From an uncultured Acidobacteriota bacterium (GTDB lineage: Bacteria; Acidobacteriota; UBA6911), in assembly GCA_963827655.1 (NCBI GenBank), contig CAWHCF010000052.1, positions 32,001 through 96,000 on the forward strand: DNA of 64,000 bases, read 5' to 3'. The position numbers were made by a program, and so were the translations under genes. This document shows, one piece after another, positions 31,131 to 41,508 of the stretch; position 1 is the stretch's first letter; every line of letters starts with the position of its first letter. The notes under the pieces are model-generated. The model was given only the letters and a program-made list of their open reading frames with translations. It had not been told where the DNA came from and ran no database searches.

Positions 31131-31210
31131 GTACAGCATCTCACCTACGTGACGATCTAGCTTAGTCTGTTGTTGCGGTTGAAGCGCATGTTACCCGCAA
31201 TAAACCCTGC

Positions 31211-32670
31211 TCACTGGAAGTTCTCCACCAACATCAGGTCGTCGATGGAGGAGTCAATTCGGGAATAGAAGATCGTGCGGCCGTCCCGAGATGCGGTAAG
31301 GCCGAGGTATACATTGCCGAGATTGTGCGCCACCGTCGTGGACCTGCGGGTCGCGAAGTCGAAGTACTGAAGCCGTGTCTCACCCGAGGGCCGGTCGATA
31401 TAGAGATTGCCTCCCTCGCCCGAGGGTCGGTCGATATAATAAATGCCTCGGTTGAGCACAGCGAAAGCTCCTAGAACAACGCTGTCCAGCAACTTGAGCG
31501 GAACGCCGCCGGAAGTGGGCAGGCGCCACAACGGGCTCGGTGTGTCCATCCTCTCGTTGTAATAGACGTAAGTGCCGTCGGGCGACTCGAAGGCCGCGAA
31601 TCCACCGTTGTTTGTGACTTGGCTGGCATTCCCGCCGGATGCCGGCATTTTCCATATCTGACGCTGTCCTGTACGGGTCGAAGTGAAATAGATCGACTTG
31701 CCGTCCCGCGAGAAACTGGGTCGGAAATCGGAGGCGGGATGAGAAGTTAGGTTCTGTGGCTTACCACCCGCGGCGGGAATAACGTAGACCTCAAACTGCC
31801 CTTCGGGATTGGATTGGAACACAATCCGTTCGCCGTCGGGAGACCAGCGGGGGGCGCCTGAGATTGCACGCACGAAGGTGAGCTGGACGGCATTGGACCC
31901 GTCAGGATCGGCCAGCCAGATTTCCCATTCTCCGGAACGATTCGATGGAAAGGCCACCCGGCGGCCGTCGGGAGAAAGGTGGGGGGTGGACTCGCTTCTC
32001 GTCGAGGAGATAGAGACGACCGGCGGCGCGGAGGCCGTCGCGCCTGGAGCGGAGGTCTCGACACGCCAGATATTGGAGTCCTGGAAACTGCGAACGTAGA
32101 CCAGACGAGACGGCAGCCCGGGCCGGGGGCGCGAAACTACCGGCATCAGACCGTCCTCGCCTACAAAAGGCAACCTGGCTGGTGTGGTTTCGCCGCCATC
32201 TTTATCGGCAACCACCAACCTCCAAAGATTTCCCCGGAGACTACCTCCAGCGGTGGAAAAGAGAATCTCTTGACTGCCGGGCATCCACGTGGGGTAGCCC
32301 GCATCCAGCGTGGCCGGCGTGAGCCGCTGCGGCTCACCTGCGGGGATCACGCCCTCTTCGCAGCGGAAGCCGGTAAAGCTCAGCATTTTCGAGGCTGCCG
32401 ACGGCGGTAGACCAGCCACCTGCCGTCGGGAGAAATGGTTGGGTTGGTGTCGCCAAACGCAGGGGGTTGCGGATTGGTCAACTGCCTTTTCTCTCCGCTC
32501 TCGAGCGCAACGACGAACAAAGCAGCCGGCTTGCCCTCACCCGGGGAGTCCGTAACAATCAAACAGTTGCTGTCAGGACACCAGGCAAGATACGGCGGAA
32601 TGATGAAGTAGGTGTCGCGTACGCGGATCTCGGCCAATTTGCGCTCCGGACCGCCCAGTGGCGGGATCGC
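31211..32670 (-). pseudogene. 5'-truncated TolB/PD40 beta-propeller gene (C-terminal part of a kinase- or wHTH-PD40 protein)
   Basis: repeated SPDG WD40-like units and DDLMLVENF C-terminus; frameshift near 32400; no native start, the reading frame begins inside a palindromic repeat. Confidence 0.7.
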
Positions 32671-32734
32671 CTTCGTGTCTTCGTGGTTAGAGCTTTCTAA
32701 CAAATACCGCGAAGACGCGAAGAAACACCAAGAA
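32671..32734. repeat. 9-mer-unit palindromic element (CTTCGTGTCTTCGTGGT...ACCGCGAAGACGCGAAG)
   Basis: 17 bp inverted arms at 32671-32687 and 32706-32722 with 2 mismatches. Confidence 0.85.
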
Positions 32735-32758
32735 TCCTGCCCAAAAAGCAATACAAAA

Positions 32759-33541
32759 CTAATCGGCCGAAACATTCACCCGGACAATCGAGTCGGCGCG
32801 GCCGCTCTGCTCGTCGATTTCTATCACGGCGCCGCATAGCCGCGGATTGCCGGTGGCCGGCTCCAGGCGCACAGGCATCTGGCGGATGAAGCGCTCCAGC
32901 GCGAGGTCCGGTATCGAGCCGATGACCGAGTCATAGGGTCCGGTCATGCCAAGGTCGGTTATGTATGCGGTCCCTTTTGGAAGGAGCCGCTCATCGGCGG
33001 TCTGCACGTGAGTGTGAGTGCCGACCACGGCGCTGACCCGGCCGTCAAAATACCAGGCGAAAGCCTGCTTTTCGGAAGTGGCTTCCGCATGGAAATCGAC
33101 CACGATGACCGGGGTTTCTTTGCGGATTTGTTCAACCGCCGCCTCGCCGACAGTGAAAGGGCAATCAAGCGTGGGCATGAAGACACGGCCCTGAATATTA
33201 AGCACGCCCACTCGAACTCCGCAGCGGGTATTTCCGATGAAGATTCCAGTTCCGGGCGCGGAAGGCGGATAGTTTTGAGGGCGCAACAGCCTGGGTTGTT
33301 CGCTCAGGTAGGGTATGATCGCACGCTTGTCCCAGATGTGGTTTCCGCTCGTCATAAGATCAATCTCGGATCTCAGCAGCTCGTCGGCGATTTCGGGAGT
33401 TATGCCGAAGCCGGCGGCGGCGTTCTCAACGTTGGCCACACAAAAATCTATGCGTAGCTGCTGAATGAGACCGTGCAGCTTCTGCTGGATGAGCCGGCGG
33501 CCAGGCTTCCCGAAAACATCGCCGATAAAAAGGATGCGCAT
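32759..33541 (-). CDS. ymdB: YmdB-family metallophosphoesterase
   Basis: GDVFG..G, NVENAAAG.G, TSGNHIWD, DFHAEATSEK, GTHTHVQTAD, TDLGMTG. Confidence 0.92.
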   Translation of the reverse strand: MRILFIGDVFGKPGRRLIQQKLHGLIQQLRIDFCVANVENAAAGFGITPEIADELLRSEIDLMTSGNHIWDKRAIIPYLSEQPRLLRPQNYPPSAPGTGIFIGNTRCGVRVGVLNIQGRVFMPTLDCPFTVGEAAVEQIRKETPVIVVDFHAEATSEKQAFAWYFDGRVSAVVGTHTHVQTADERLLPKGTAYITDLGMTGPYDSVIGSIPDLALERFIRQMPVRLEPATGNPRLCGAVIEIDEQSGRADSIVRVNVSAD

Positions 33542-33560
33542 AGGTCACGTGAAAACAAAA

Positions 33561-33743
33561 CGCCCCCGCGCAGCCGTGTGACATGGTCTATTTGAACCTG
33601 AAATCCAGGTGGGTGTCCTGCGCCCCGCATCAGGCAATCAAGTTCCCGAAGGAAAGACTGCTCACCGCCGAGCGACTCGGACTCCCATTCAAATAGATGT
33701 TGGCTCAAATATGTGATGCCATCACCAACATTGCAGGGGCGAC
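33561..33743 (-). ncRNA. ssrS: 6S RNA
   Basis: minus strand CGCCCCTGCAATGTTGGTG..TTGAGCCAAC..GGGAG..CACCCACCTGG..AGGTTCAAA..GCGCGGGGGCG with complementary ends; ~180 nt; directly upstream of ymdB. Confidence 0.85.
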
Positions 33744-33747
33744 GCTC

Positions 33748-33777
33748 ATGATAGCCGGAAGGCGCTGGAACGGTCAA
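33748..33777 (-). promoter_or_regulatory. ssrS promoter
   Basis: TTGACC-18 bp-TATCAT immediately upstream of the RNA. Confidence 0.65.
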
Positions 33778-33789
33778 GGAACCCGCCCG

Positions 33790-33868
33790 CTTCGCGCCCT
33801 TAGCGTCTTCGCGGTCACTTTTGTGCACCAGCACTAACCGCGGAAGACATACAGAAGACGTAAAGAAG
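33790..33868. repeat. 9-mer-unit palindromic element
   Basis: CTTCGCGCCCTTAGCGTCTTCGCGGT...ACCGCGGAAGAC..GAAGACGTAAAGAAG. Confidence 0.7.
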
Positions 33869-33870
33869 GC

Positions 33871-36846
33871 TTACGAAACTCGGACGGCGGGACGACTTTT
33901 CTCGCTTTTCTTTAGATAGTCCTTCAAGAACTGGCCGGTATAGGAGCCGCGGGCTTGCAACAGGTCATCCGGAGAACCTTCAAAGACACTCCGGCCCCCC
34001 TTCGCCCCCCCTCGGGTCCAAGGTCAATGATCCAGTCGGCGGTCTTGATCACATCGAGGTTGTGCTCGATCACGATCACCGAGTTGCCGGCAGCTGATCA
34101 GCTTGTCGAAGGCGGAGAGGAGCTTGCGGATGTCGTCGAAGTGCAAGCCGGTCGTCGGCTCGTCAAATATGTAAAGCGTGTTCCGGGTGGCCTTCCTGGA
34201 AATAAAAGAGGCCAGCTTGATCCTCTGAGCCTCGCCTCCCGAGAGCGCAGTAGCGGACTGGCCCAGACGAAGATAACCTAATCCGACTTCCTCCAGAACC
34301 TTGAGCTTGCGCGTCAGCCTCGGATTTCCTGAGAAGAAGGCGATTGCTTCGTGAACAGTAAGATCAAGGACATTCGAGATATTCTTTCCCTTGTACTTGA
34401 CGTCCAGAACGGAGCTCTTGAAGCGCGTTCCCTTACAGTCTTCGCAGGTCAGCTCCACATCAGCCAGGAATTGCATCTCGACCGTGATGGTGCCGCTGCC
34501 CTGGCAGGTTTCGCAGCGACCCCCGGCGAGATTAAATGAAAAGTGGCCCGGTCCCAGGTTCCGGGCATGAGCGTCGCGAGTACCGGCGAATATGTCGCGG
34601 ATGTCCTCAAATGCCTTTACATAAGTTACCGGATTTGACCGCGGCGTCCTTCCGATGGGAGACTGGTCGACCAGCACAGCATCCGTGATGGTCTCCGCGC
34701 CGCTGATCGAATGGTACCCATCGGCCGGATCCTTTCTTTCCCCCTTGGCCCTTTTTACCGCGAGGTAAAGAATATTGTGCACCAGGGTCGACTTTCCGCT
34801 GCCGCTGACACCGGTCACGCAGACAAACATGCCTAGAGGAATCCGGATATCGAGGTTTTTCAGGTTATGTTTCTGGGCTCCCCGCAATTCCAGGTAACGG
34901 CCATTGCCCTTACGCCGGAATAGTGGAGTATTTATCTTCAGCTCTCCGCTCAGGTAACGCCCGGTCAGAGATCTGGGTTCTTGCAAAATGCCGTCGTATC
35001 TTCCCTGAAAAACAACCTCGCCTCCGGACTCGCCGGCCCTGGGGCCGAGATCGATCAGGTAATCCGCCGAACTCATGATCTCGGCGTCGTGCTCTACCAC
35101 CAGCACCGTGTTCCCCAGTTGTTTGAGATTCTTGAGTATTTCCACCAGGCGCTGGCTATCGCGAGGATGGAGGCCGATGCTGGGTTCGTCAAGTACGTAC
35201 AGCGTCCCCACAAGCGTGGATCCCAGCGACGTAGCCAGCTGTATCCTTTGCGATTCTCCCCCCGAGAGCGAAGAGGAGAGACGATCAAGCGTGAGATAGT
35301 CAAGCCCCACCCTGATCAGCAGGTCCAGGCGATACCGAATTTCATCGAGAATTCTCCCGGCGACCGAAATCTGGTGAGTCGAAAGGTTCACTTCCCGGAA
35401 GAACTGCGCCGCGTCGGCGATCGTCAGCCGCGCAATCTCAGGAAGGCGCTTGCCTCCGACGACGACGTCGCGGGCGGCCGGGCACAATCGTTCACCCCGG
35501 CAGCTCAGGCAGGTCGTGTAGCCCCGATACCGGCTGATAAAGATGCGCACGTGCATCTTGTATTTCTTTTCTTCCAGGTGATTGAAGAAGCCAACGATGC
35601 CTGGAAAGTCCCCGCTACCATTAATAATCGCCTCCTGTGATTCCCGGGGAAGATCGGACCAGGATGTCCCAACGTCTATTCCGCGTTTTCCCGCGAATTT
35701 CAGCAGACGTTGCTGAAAACCGCGATAGCGCGGCTTGTTCCATGGGTCGATCGCGCCTTCTTCCAGGCTTTTACTCTGGTCGGGAATGATCAGATCCAGG
35801 TCAAGCGTCATGGTGTTCCCAAAGCCCTGGCAGTTCGGGCAGGCGCCGAAAGGGTTATTGAACGAGAACAGACGGGGCTCAGGTTCTGAATAGGAAAGAT
35901 GACAGAGCTGGCACTCAAACCTCTCGCTGAACTTGACCAGGATACCTGCCGGATGCTCGACCCAGCGAACCTGCGGGAAATGCTCCTTCAGCATCTGCTG
36001 GGTTTCCTGCGGAGACGGCGTCAGCAAGACCAGCTCGATCCGGCCTTCCCCTTCGCGTCCGCAAAGCTCCAGGGAATCAATCAGCCGCTTCCGAATGTCC
36101 GGCTTGACGATCAGCCGGTCGACCACGACATGAGCTTCCTTGCGTGCACTGCGCTTCAGAGTTTCAAGTGCCTCCGCCAGGTCGACCAGCCGGCCGTCGA
36201 TCAGCAAGCGCACAAATCCTTGCTGTTGTAACCCGGGGAGCATGACGGCCAGTTTCTCTTCGGGTTTTTGATCTCGGGTGGCGCTCAGCACCCGCCCCGC
36301 CGGCCCTTGGCGCTTGCCTCCAGGCTTGCGTACCGGCGCGCGTCCAGCCTCGAGCGAAAGAGGAAAACAAAGATAAAGCCGGGTTTCTTCCGGCAAATCC
36401 ATTACAAAGTCTGCGATCTTCTCGGGGGTGTCCTTCTCGACGCGGCGGCCGCAGGAATGGCACACGGTGACTCCGATCCGGGCATAGAGCAGCCGGAGGT
36501 AATCGTTGATTTCGGTGACCGTCCCTACGGTTGACCGCGGATTGCGTGTGTAGTTCTTTTGGCGGATCGCCAACGCCGGGCAGATTCCCAGGATGTCATC
36601 CACTTCCGGCTTGCTGATCCGCTCCAGAAACTGGCGCGCGTATGCCGAAAGCGATTCCACGTAACGTCGCTGCCCCTCGGCGTAGAGCGTGTCAAAAGCA
36701 AGAGTACTCTTGCCGCTGCCGGACACACCGGTAACCACGGTAAGCGAATTGAGAGGAATCTCAACCGTGATGTTCTTCAGGTTGTGAACTCTGGCGCCGA
36801 CTACGACAATGCTGTCTTTCGCCGGCTCGGGGTCGAGTGGAGTCAT
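33871..36846 (-). CDS. uvrA: excinuclease ABC subunit A (frameshifts near 34095 and in G runs near 34000)
   Basis: two GVSGSGKS Walker A motifs, zinc fingers, LSGGE signatures; the tail [35 protein letters not shown] lies in shifted frames ending at 33871. Confidence 0.92.
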
Positions 36847-36857
36847 CCGCAGCCACA

Positions 36858-36936
36858 TTTCTTCGAGTCTTCGTGCCTTAGCGGTCGGGTTCTGGTCCCG
36901 CGCATTGACTACGAAGACACGCACACACCAAGAAAA
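36858..36936. repeat. 9-mer-unit palindromic element in the uvrA leader
   Basis: TTTCTTCGAGTCTTCGTGCCTTAGCGGT...ACTACGAAGACACG..CACCAAGAAAA. Confidence 0.7.
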
Positions 36937-36942
36937 CGAAAA

Positions 36943-37002
36943 ATGTTATTTTTGACGGTCCGGCTTGTCAACTTGATATTCCGGAAGCGGCGATGACATA
37001 AT
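36943..37002. promoter_or_regulatory. back-to-back divergent promoters (uvrA and the 37011 gene)
   Basis: minus: TTGACA-17-TAACAT (36943-36971); plus: TTGATA-18-CATAAT (36973-37002). Confidence 0.6.
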
Positions 37003-37010
37003 CCGCTCGA

Positions 37011-38030
37011 ATGGAATCTCCAGCTATTCAAATCAGCGCAGTCAATCCAGCCATAGGAGTCGCCGGCGGGGAAGTAGGAATCCAGGGCAGCGGATTTCGG
37101 CCGGGCCTTCCTGGATCGATCAAAGTCCTGTGCGGCGAAATCGAGGCGCATATCGTCTCCGCGTCCGAAGAGTACGTCATCATTCAACTGCCCGAGAGCC
37201 CGAGTGCTCTCGGAATCACACTGAGGGTAGGAGACAAGAGCTCCGCGCTGTTTCCTTTTAGCTTCGCGGCCAGGCTGGCGACTGGGCTGCATCCGGTCAC
37301 GAACCCGCTGATCGCGCCCGACGGCACAATCATAACGACGATCAGCGGCGCTCGCGGGCAGCAAACCCCTCAACCGCTCGTGCGCATCACCCAGTCGGGA
37401 GAAAAAGTCCCGTTTCCGTGCGAGATCATGAATCCCACGGGGCTTGCTTTCGGGCCTGACGGCCAGCTTTATGTTTCAAGCCGCGCCGATGGCGCTGTCT
37501 TCTGTTACCGGGATTTCCAGAATCTGGAAGTGGTCGCCGATGATCTTGGCGTTCCATGCGGATTGGTCTTCAATTCAAAGGGTTTCCTCTTTGTGGGGGA
37601 CAGGTCGGGCAGGATCTACCAGCTGGATCTTGCGACCGGAAAGAAGGAGTTCGCTTCGCTGCCCCCCAGCGTTTCGGCTTACCACCTGGCGATCGACGCC
37701 CAGGATCACCTTTACGTCAGCGGGCCGACTCTAGCCACAAGGGATGTGCTCTACAGGGTCACACCGGATGGCCATGTCGAGACCCTCGTGCAGGGTCTGG
37801 GCCGTCCTCAGGGAATGGCGGCGCTCTCAGACGGCACCCTTCTGCTGGCCGCATCCTACGGCGGCAGCAAGGGCGTTTTCAGAATCTCCGCACGCGAGGG
37901 GAAAATCGAACACTACATCGCAGCGCCGACCCTGGTCGGGGTGGCGGTTTCGGGAGGAGACGTCGTTCTGGCAGACAATTCGTCGGTTTACCGCGTCAGG
38001 TTAGACGGTGCTTCATCGAGACCTTCGTAG
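37011..38030 (+). CDS. IPT/TIG plus SMP-30/NHL beta-propeller protein (gluconolactonase-like)
   Basis: ISAVNP..G..GGEV.IQGSGF TIG motif; NPTGLAFGPDG and RPQGMA repeats. Confidence 0.8.
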   Translation: MESPAIQISAVNPAIGVAGGEVGIQGSGFRPGLPGSIKVLCGEIEAHIVSASEEYVIIQLPESPSALGITLRVGDKSSALFPFSFAARLATGLHPVTNPLIAPDGTIITTISGARGQQTPQPLVRITQSGEKVPFPCEIMNPTGLAFGPDGQLYVSSRADGAVFCYRDFQNLEVVADDLGVPCGLVFNSKGFLFVGDRSGRIYQLDLATGKKEFASLPPSVSAYHLAIDAQDHLYVSGPTLATRDVLYRVTPDGHVETLVQGLGRPQGMAALSDGTLLLAASYGGSKGVFRISAREGKIEHYIAAPTLVGVAVSGGDVVLADNSSVYRVRLDGASSRPS

Positions 38031-38047
38031 GAACAGGCAACCACCAA

Positions 38048-38113
38048 GACAGAAGTCAGAAGTCAGGAGTCAGAATAATTCTGGCTTCTGGCTCCTGGCT
38101 TCTTGCTTCTGTC
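38048..38113. repeat. palindromic heptamer array (AGAAGTC)n / (TTCTGGC)n
   Basis: GACAGAAGTCAGAAGTCAGGAGTCAGAA..TTCTGGCTTCTGGCTCCTGGCTTCTTGCTTCTGTC between convergent genes. Confidence 0.85.
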
Positions 38114-39250
38114 ACGCAACGCTTCCATCAGGATGCGGGGAGAGTGGATCAGCAGCTGCTTTCGCAGGGCGTCGTAGCCATCGGCACCGCAGATAAGATT
38201 GTCGGTCAATCGTTGCACCGTCGGACTAAGGCGGGTGATCTGGACGGCGCGCGTGGTGAAAGAACCGAAGAGAAACCTCCCGCCGTAAAAATGGTCTCGC
38301 CATTTCGCCGCGCGTTCGAGCTCGGCGCCGAAGTCCTGTCTCCAGACCGCTTCATACTCCAGAGGATCGTCGCTCAGCCTCGATTGCGCCAGAAGCTCAG
38401 CCGAGCGCAGCGCAAAATAGATTCCCTCGGCGGTAATGGCGTCGGCAAAACCCGCGGCGTCGCCAAGCAGCGCCCAGTTGCGGCCGCAAATCCTTTGCCG
38501 CATTAGACTCTCGCGGCTCAAACAAGGAATTCGTGCCGCATAGAAGTTCATGTCGCGCCCCGCGCCCGGGTAGTTGCGCACAATGAATTCGACCACGCGT
38601 TGTCGTAGATCCCGGGCATTGGCAGAAGGAAGCCGTCGCAAGATGCCGACCGACGAGTGGTCGACGCGGGGAAAAGACCACAGGTAACCCTGAAACCCCG
38701 GCTCCTGAAACAGAGCCAGAGCCGTGTCCCGATGGTACAGTCCTGGGAGATAGAAACCCAGGGCCAGTGAGAGATCGCCGGCTGAATATTTTCCGGCGGT
38801 CACAGCCCTTACCGAACTGCAGGCGCCATCCGCGCCCACCAGAAACGATACTTCGTATTGCCCCCGGTGAGTCGAGATGGCCCACGCTTCCCCAACAGGG
38901 GTAAAACCCGTAGCCCTTTCGGGAATGAATCGCGCGCCCGCTTGCATGGCCGCATCGCGCAGCGACAGATCAAGCGTCGCGCGGGAGAAGATGTAGATGG
39001 GCCGCCGGAGCGGCAGCTCGGCGGCGCGTCCGTCCTTCGTAGTCATTCGCAGAGTGCGAATCTCCGTGTGCGGCAGCGGGTGTTCGCGAAACCACGAGAT
39101 TCGACGCAAAGCCTTCGAAGTCACTCCGCCTCCGCAAGGCTTTTCTTTTTCCGTGCTCCCGTCGAACAATAAGACCTCGTGTCCCAAACGAGACAGAAGC
39201 AAGGCGGCGTACGAACCCGCCAGCCGGCCGCCAATGATTCCGATTCGCAT
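38063..39250 (-). CDS. geranylgeranyl reductase-family FAD-dependent oxidoreductase
   Basis: IIGG..AGS, EKPCGGGV, VGADG, GYLWSFP, LLGDAAGFADAITAEGIYFA. Confidence 0.88.
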   Translation of the reverse strand: MRIGIIGGRLAGSYAALLLSRLGHEVLLFDGSTEKEKPCGGGVTSKALRRISWFREHPLPHTEIRTLRMTTKDGRAAELPLRRPIYIFSRATLDLSLRDAAMQAGARFIPERATGFTPVGEAWAISTHRGQYEVSFLVGADGACSSVRAVTAGKYSAGDLSLALGFYLPGLYHRDTALALFQEPGFQGYLWSFPRVDHSSVGILRRLPSANARDLRQRVVEFIVRNYPGAGRDMNFYAARIPCLSRESLMRQRICGRNWALLGDAAGFADAITAEGIYFALRSAELLAQSRLSDDPLEYEAVWRQDFGAELERAAKWRDHFYGGRFLFGSFTTRAVQITRLSPTVQRLTDNLICGADGYDALRKQLLIHSPRILMEALRDRSKKPGARSQNYSDS

Positions 39251-39368
39251 ACCCGGCACTATACTCGCAAATCTCCCGCTGCGGCGCGTGTTTCACAGCT
39301 CCCCTTGCCTCTCGGCGGCTACGGGGGCCACGCACTGCGAAGGACGCGACAGAATCACGACGCGGCTA

Positions 39369-39433
39369 GCCACGGATTCCACGAATTTCATGAAATCTAA
39401 ATTGGCTCTGTGGAAATTCGTGGAATCTGTGGC
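39369..39433. repeat. 9-mer-unit palindrome (CACGGATTC/CACGAATTT variant)
   Basis: GCCACGGATTCCACGAATTTC...GAAATTCGTGGAATCTGTGGC. Confidence 0.85.
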
Positions 39434-39544
39434 GGCTGCTTTCGCTCTCTGCTCGTGGAGAATCTTGCCCGGAAAACAAACCGGTTTTCCCTTGTTATAC
39501 TAAAGAAAAGATAAGTTACTGCTCTGCTATAGTAACTTCGTTCT

Positions 39545-40681
39545 ATGGATGGCTCTCGCGACCCGATCTCTTTCAGCTTCAAAGTCCTCCAGAAAGATTC
39601 AGGCACCTCGGCCCGCCTGGGCATTATCCGGACGGCTCACGGAGATGTTCAGACGCCGGTCTTCATGCCGGTCGGGACCGCGGGCGCGGTCAAGGCCATG
39701 TCGCATGAGTGGCTGGAAATGCTCGACGCCCAGATTATTCTGGCCAACGCGTATCACCTGTATCTGCGTCCCGGTCACGCTCTCATCGGGCGCTTGGGTG
39801 GGCTCCATCGCTTCATGTCATGGAAGAGGCCCATCCTGACTGACAGCGGTGGATACCAGGTCTACAGCCATCGGGAGCTCCTCAGGATAAACGAGGAGGG
39901 AGCCTCGTTCCGGTCTCATCTTGACGGAAGTCCTCATCTCCTGACCCCGGAGAGCGTCGTAGACATCCAGCAGGCCCTGGGATCCGACATTCTCATGGTT
40001 CTGGACGAATGCACACCCTATCCCTGCAGTCACGCCGAAGCGGAGCGCTCGATGGAGCTTTCAATGCGCTGGGCCAGAAGGGGCCTGGCCCGCTGGCATC
40101 AGACGGGTGACGGGTCTCAAGCACTGTTTGGCATCGTGCAAGGGGGGATCTACTCGGACTTGAGACGTCGGTCAGTGGAGACTCTGCAGGAAATGGGCTT
40201 CCCTGGGATTGCCGTGGGTGGCCTGAGCGTGGGAGAGCCCAAAGACGCGATGTTCGAAACCCTGGGTCACACTGCGCCACTGCTCCCGTGGGACAGGCCG
40301 CGCTACCTGATGGGGGTGGGCACACCGAAAGATCTGGTCCGCGCCGTGGCCTGCGGCATCGACATGTTCGATTGTGTCCTGCCGACGCGAAACGCGAGGA
40401 ACGGTTGCCTTTTCACGAGCCAGGGACGAGTGTTGATAAAAAACGCGCGCTACGCTGAAGACGATCGAGCGGTAGACCCCGGCTGTTCTTGTCTTGTCTG
40501 TCGCAGGTATTCCCGGGCCTATCTGCGTCACCTGTTCATGTCCGGCGAGCATCTTGCCGCCATTCTGAACACGTTTCACAACCTCGCCTTTTATCTTGAC
40601 ACCGTACGGGAAATAAGGGAGTCTATCGCGTCCGGTACTCTTGGTAAGTACTTGGAGGAAATGGAGAAAAGGCCCGATTGA
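39545..40681 (+). CDS. tgt: tRNA-guanine transglycosylase
   Basis: TPVFMPVGT, ILTDSGGYQV, GIVQGG, GGLSVGE, DMFDCVLPTRNARNG, CSC..C and HN zinc site. Confidence 0.97.
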   Translation: MDGSRDPISFSFKVLQKDSGTSARLGIIRTAHGDVQTPVFMPVGTAGAVKAMSHEWLEMLDAQIILANAYHLYLRPGHALIGRLGGLHRFMSWKRPILTDSGGYQVYSHRELLRINEEGASFRSHLDGSPHLLTPESVVDIQQALGSDILMVLDECTPYPCSHAEAERSMELSMRWARRGLARWHQTGDGSQALFGIVQGGIYSDLRRRSVETLQEMGFPGIAVGGLSVGEPKDAMFETLGHTAPLLPWDRPRYLMGVGTPKDLVRAVACGIDMFDCVLPTRNARNGCLFTSQGRVLIKNARYAEDDRAVDPGCSCLVCRRYSRAYLRHLFMSGEHLAAILNTFHNLAFYLDTVREIRESIASGTLGKYLEEMEKRPD

Positions 40682-40784
40682 GGGATGCGTTCCCAACGTC
40701 GGCTGTTCCAAACTGCATCCTGCGATCGCGTTAGCTCTTGGGTCTGCCAACCACGACGTTTCTGGAAAGGATCAATCGGAATCG

Positions 40785-41123
40785 ATGGGTTTCCCCGCAC
40801 TAGCACAAGCTGCAGTCCCCGAAATCGTGATACAGATGGCTCCGTTTCTTCTTATCGGAGTAATTTTCTATTTTCTACTCATAAGGCCTACGCAGACCAG
40901 GCAGAAGAAGCTGGATGCTCTCATCACAGCTCTCAAGAACGGCGACAGAGTCATTACAAACTCAGGCATCTACGCCGTCGTGGCGGGAGTTAAAGATACA
41001 ACCTTTATTCTCAAGATTGCCGACCAGGTGAAGATCGAGATCTCAAAAAACGCCATCGCCGGGCTCCAGTCTATAGAAGAGCCCGCAGCACCTAAAGCAC
41101 ACTCACCCAACGTCGGACGGTAA
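40785..41123 (+). CDS. yajC: preprotein translocase subunit YajC
   Basis: FYFLLIRP.Q..QK..LKNGDRVIT.SGI; follows tgt. Confidence 0.92.
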   Translation: MGFPALAQAAVPEIVIQMAPFLLIGVIFYFLLIRPTQTRQKKLDALITALKNGDRVITNSGIYAVVAGVKDTTFILKIADQVKIEISKNAIAGLQSIEEPAAPKAHSPNVGR

Positions 41124-41321
41124 GCTCGTCGAAACGATCGACAAGGCCTTGACCATGCAAGAGACACCCGCCGTATTCGCGTTTTCACGGCGGCTTTTCG
41201 AACTGCTCCTTGCCAAGCGAAAGGTTAAGGCTTTATCGATGTGTTTTGCAGGGAACTTCCGAGTGTGGGCGGGGTCCAATAACTTCGCAGAAGAAGTCTG
41301 GGTGGTCGATTGCGAAAGTGC

Positions 41322-41400
41322 TCTTAGTGTTTCTTCGTGTCTTCACGGTCAGCGCAACAGATAACAGACAGGACACAAAAGACACGAAGAAACACCAAGA
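41322..41400. repeat. 9-mer-unit palindromic element
   Basis: arms TCTTAGTGTTTCTTCGTGTCTT and AAGACACGAAGAAACACCAAGA, 21 of 22 complementary. Confidence 0.85.
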
Positions 41401-41478
41401 AATCCGTTCTTGTCAGTCAGGTGTCACTTGGAGGCCCGGAAGGTGTGGAATCTACAGGGATGCAGGGGCAAAAACTCC

Positions 41479-41508
41479 TTGACAGGTTTTGCGGCGCGAG
41501 ATTAAGAT
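41479..41508 (+). promoter_or_regulatory. promoter of the tonB-exbB-exbD operon
   Basis: TTGACA-18 bp-TAAGAT. Confidence 0.55.

Noticed and set aside
33448-33834. 128 aa minus-strand ORF
   Set aside because: Overlaps the 6S RNA, its promoter and a repeat element; no protein-like features
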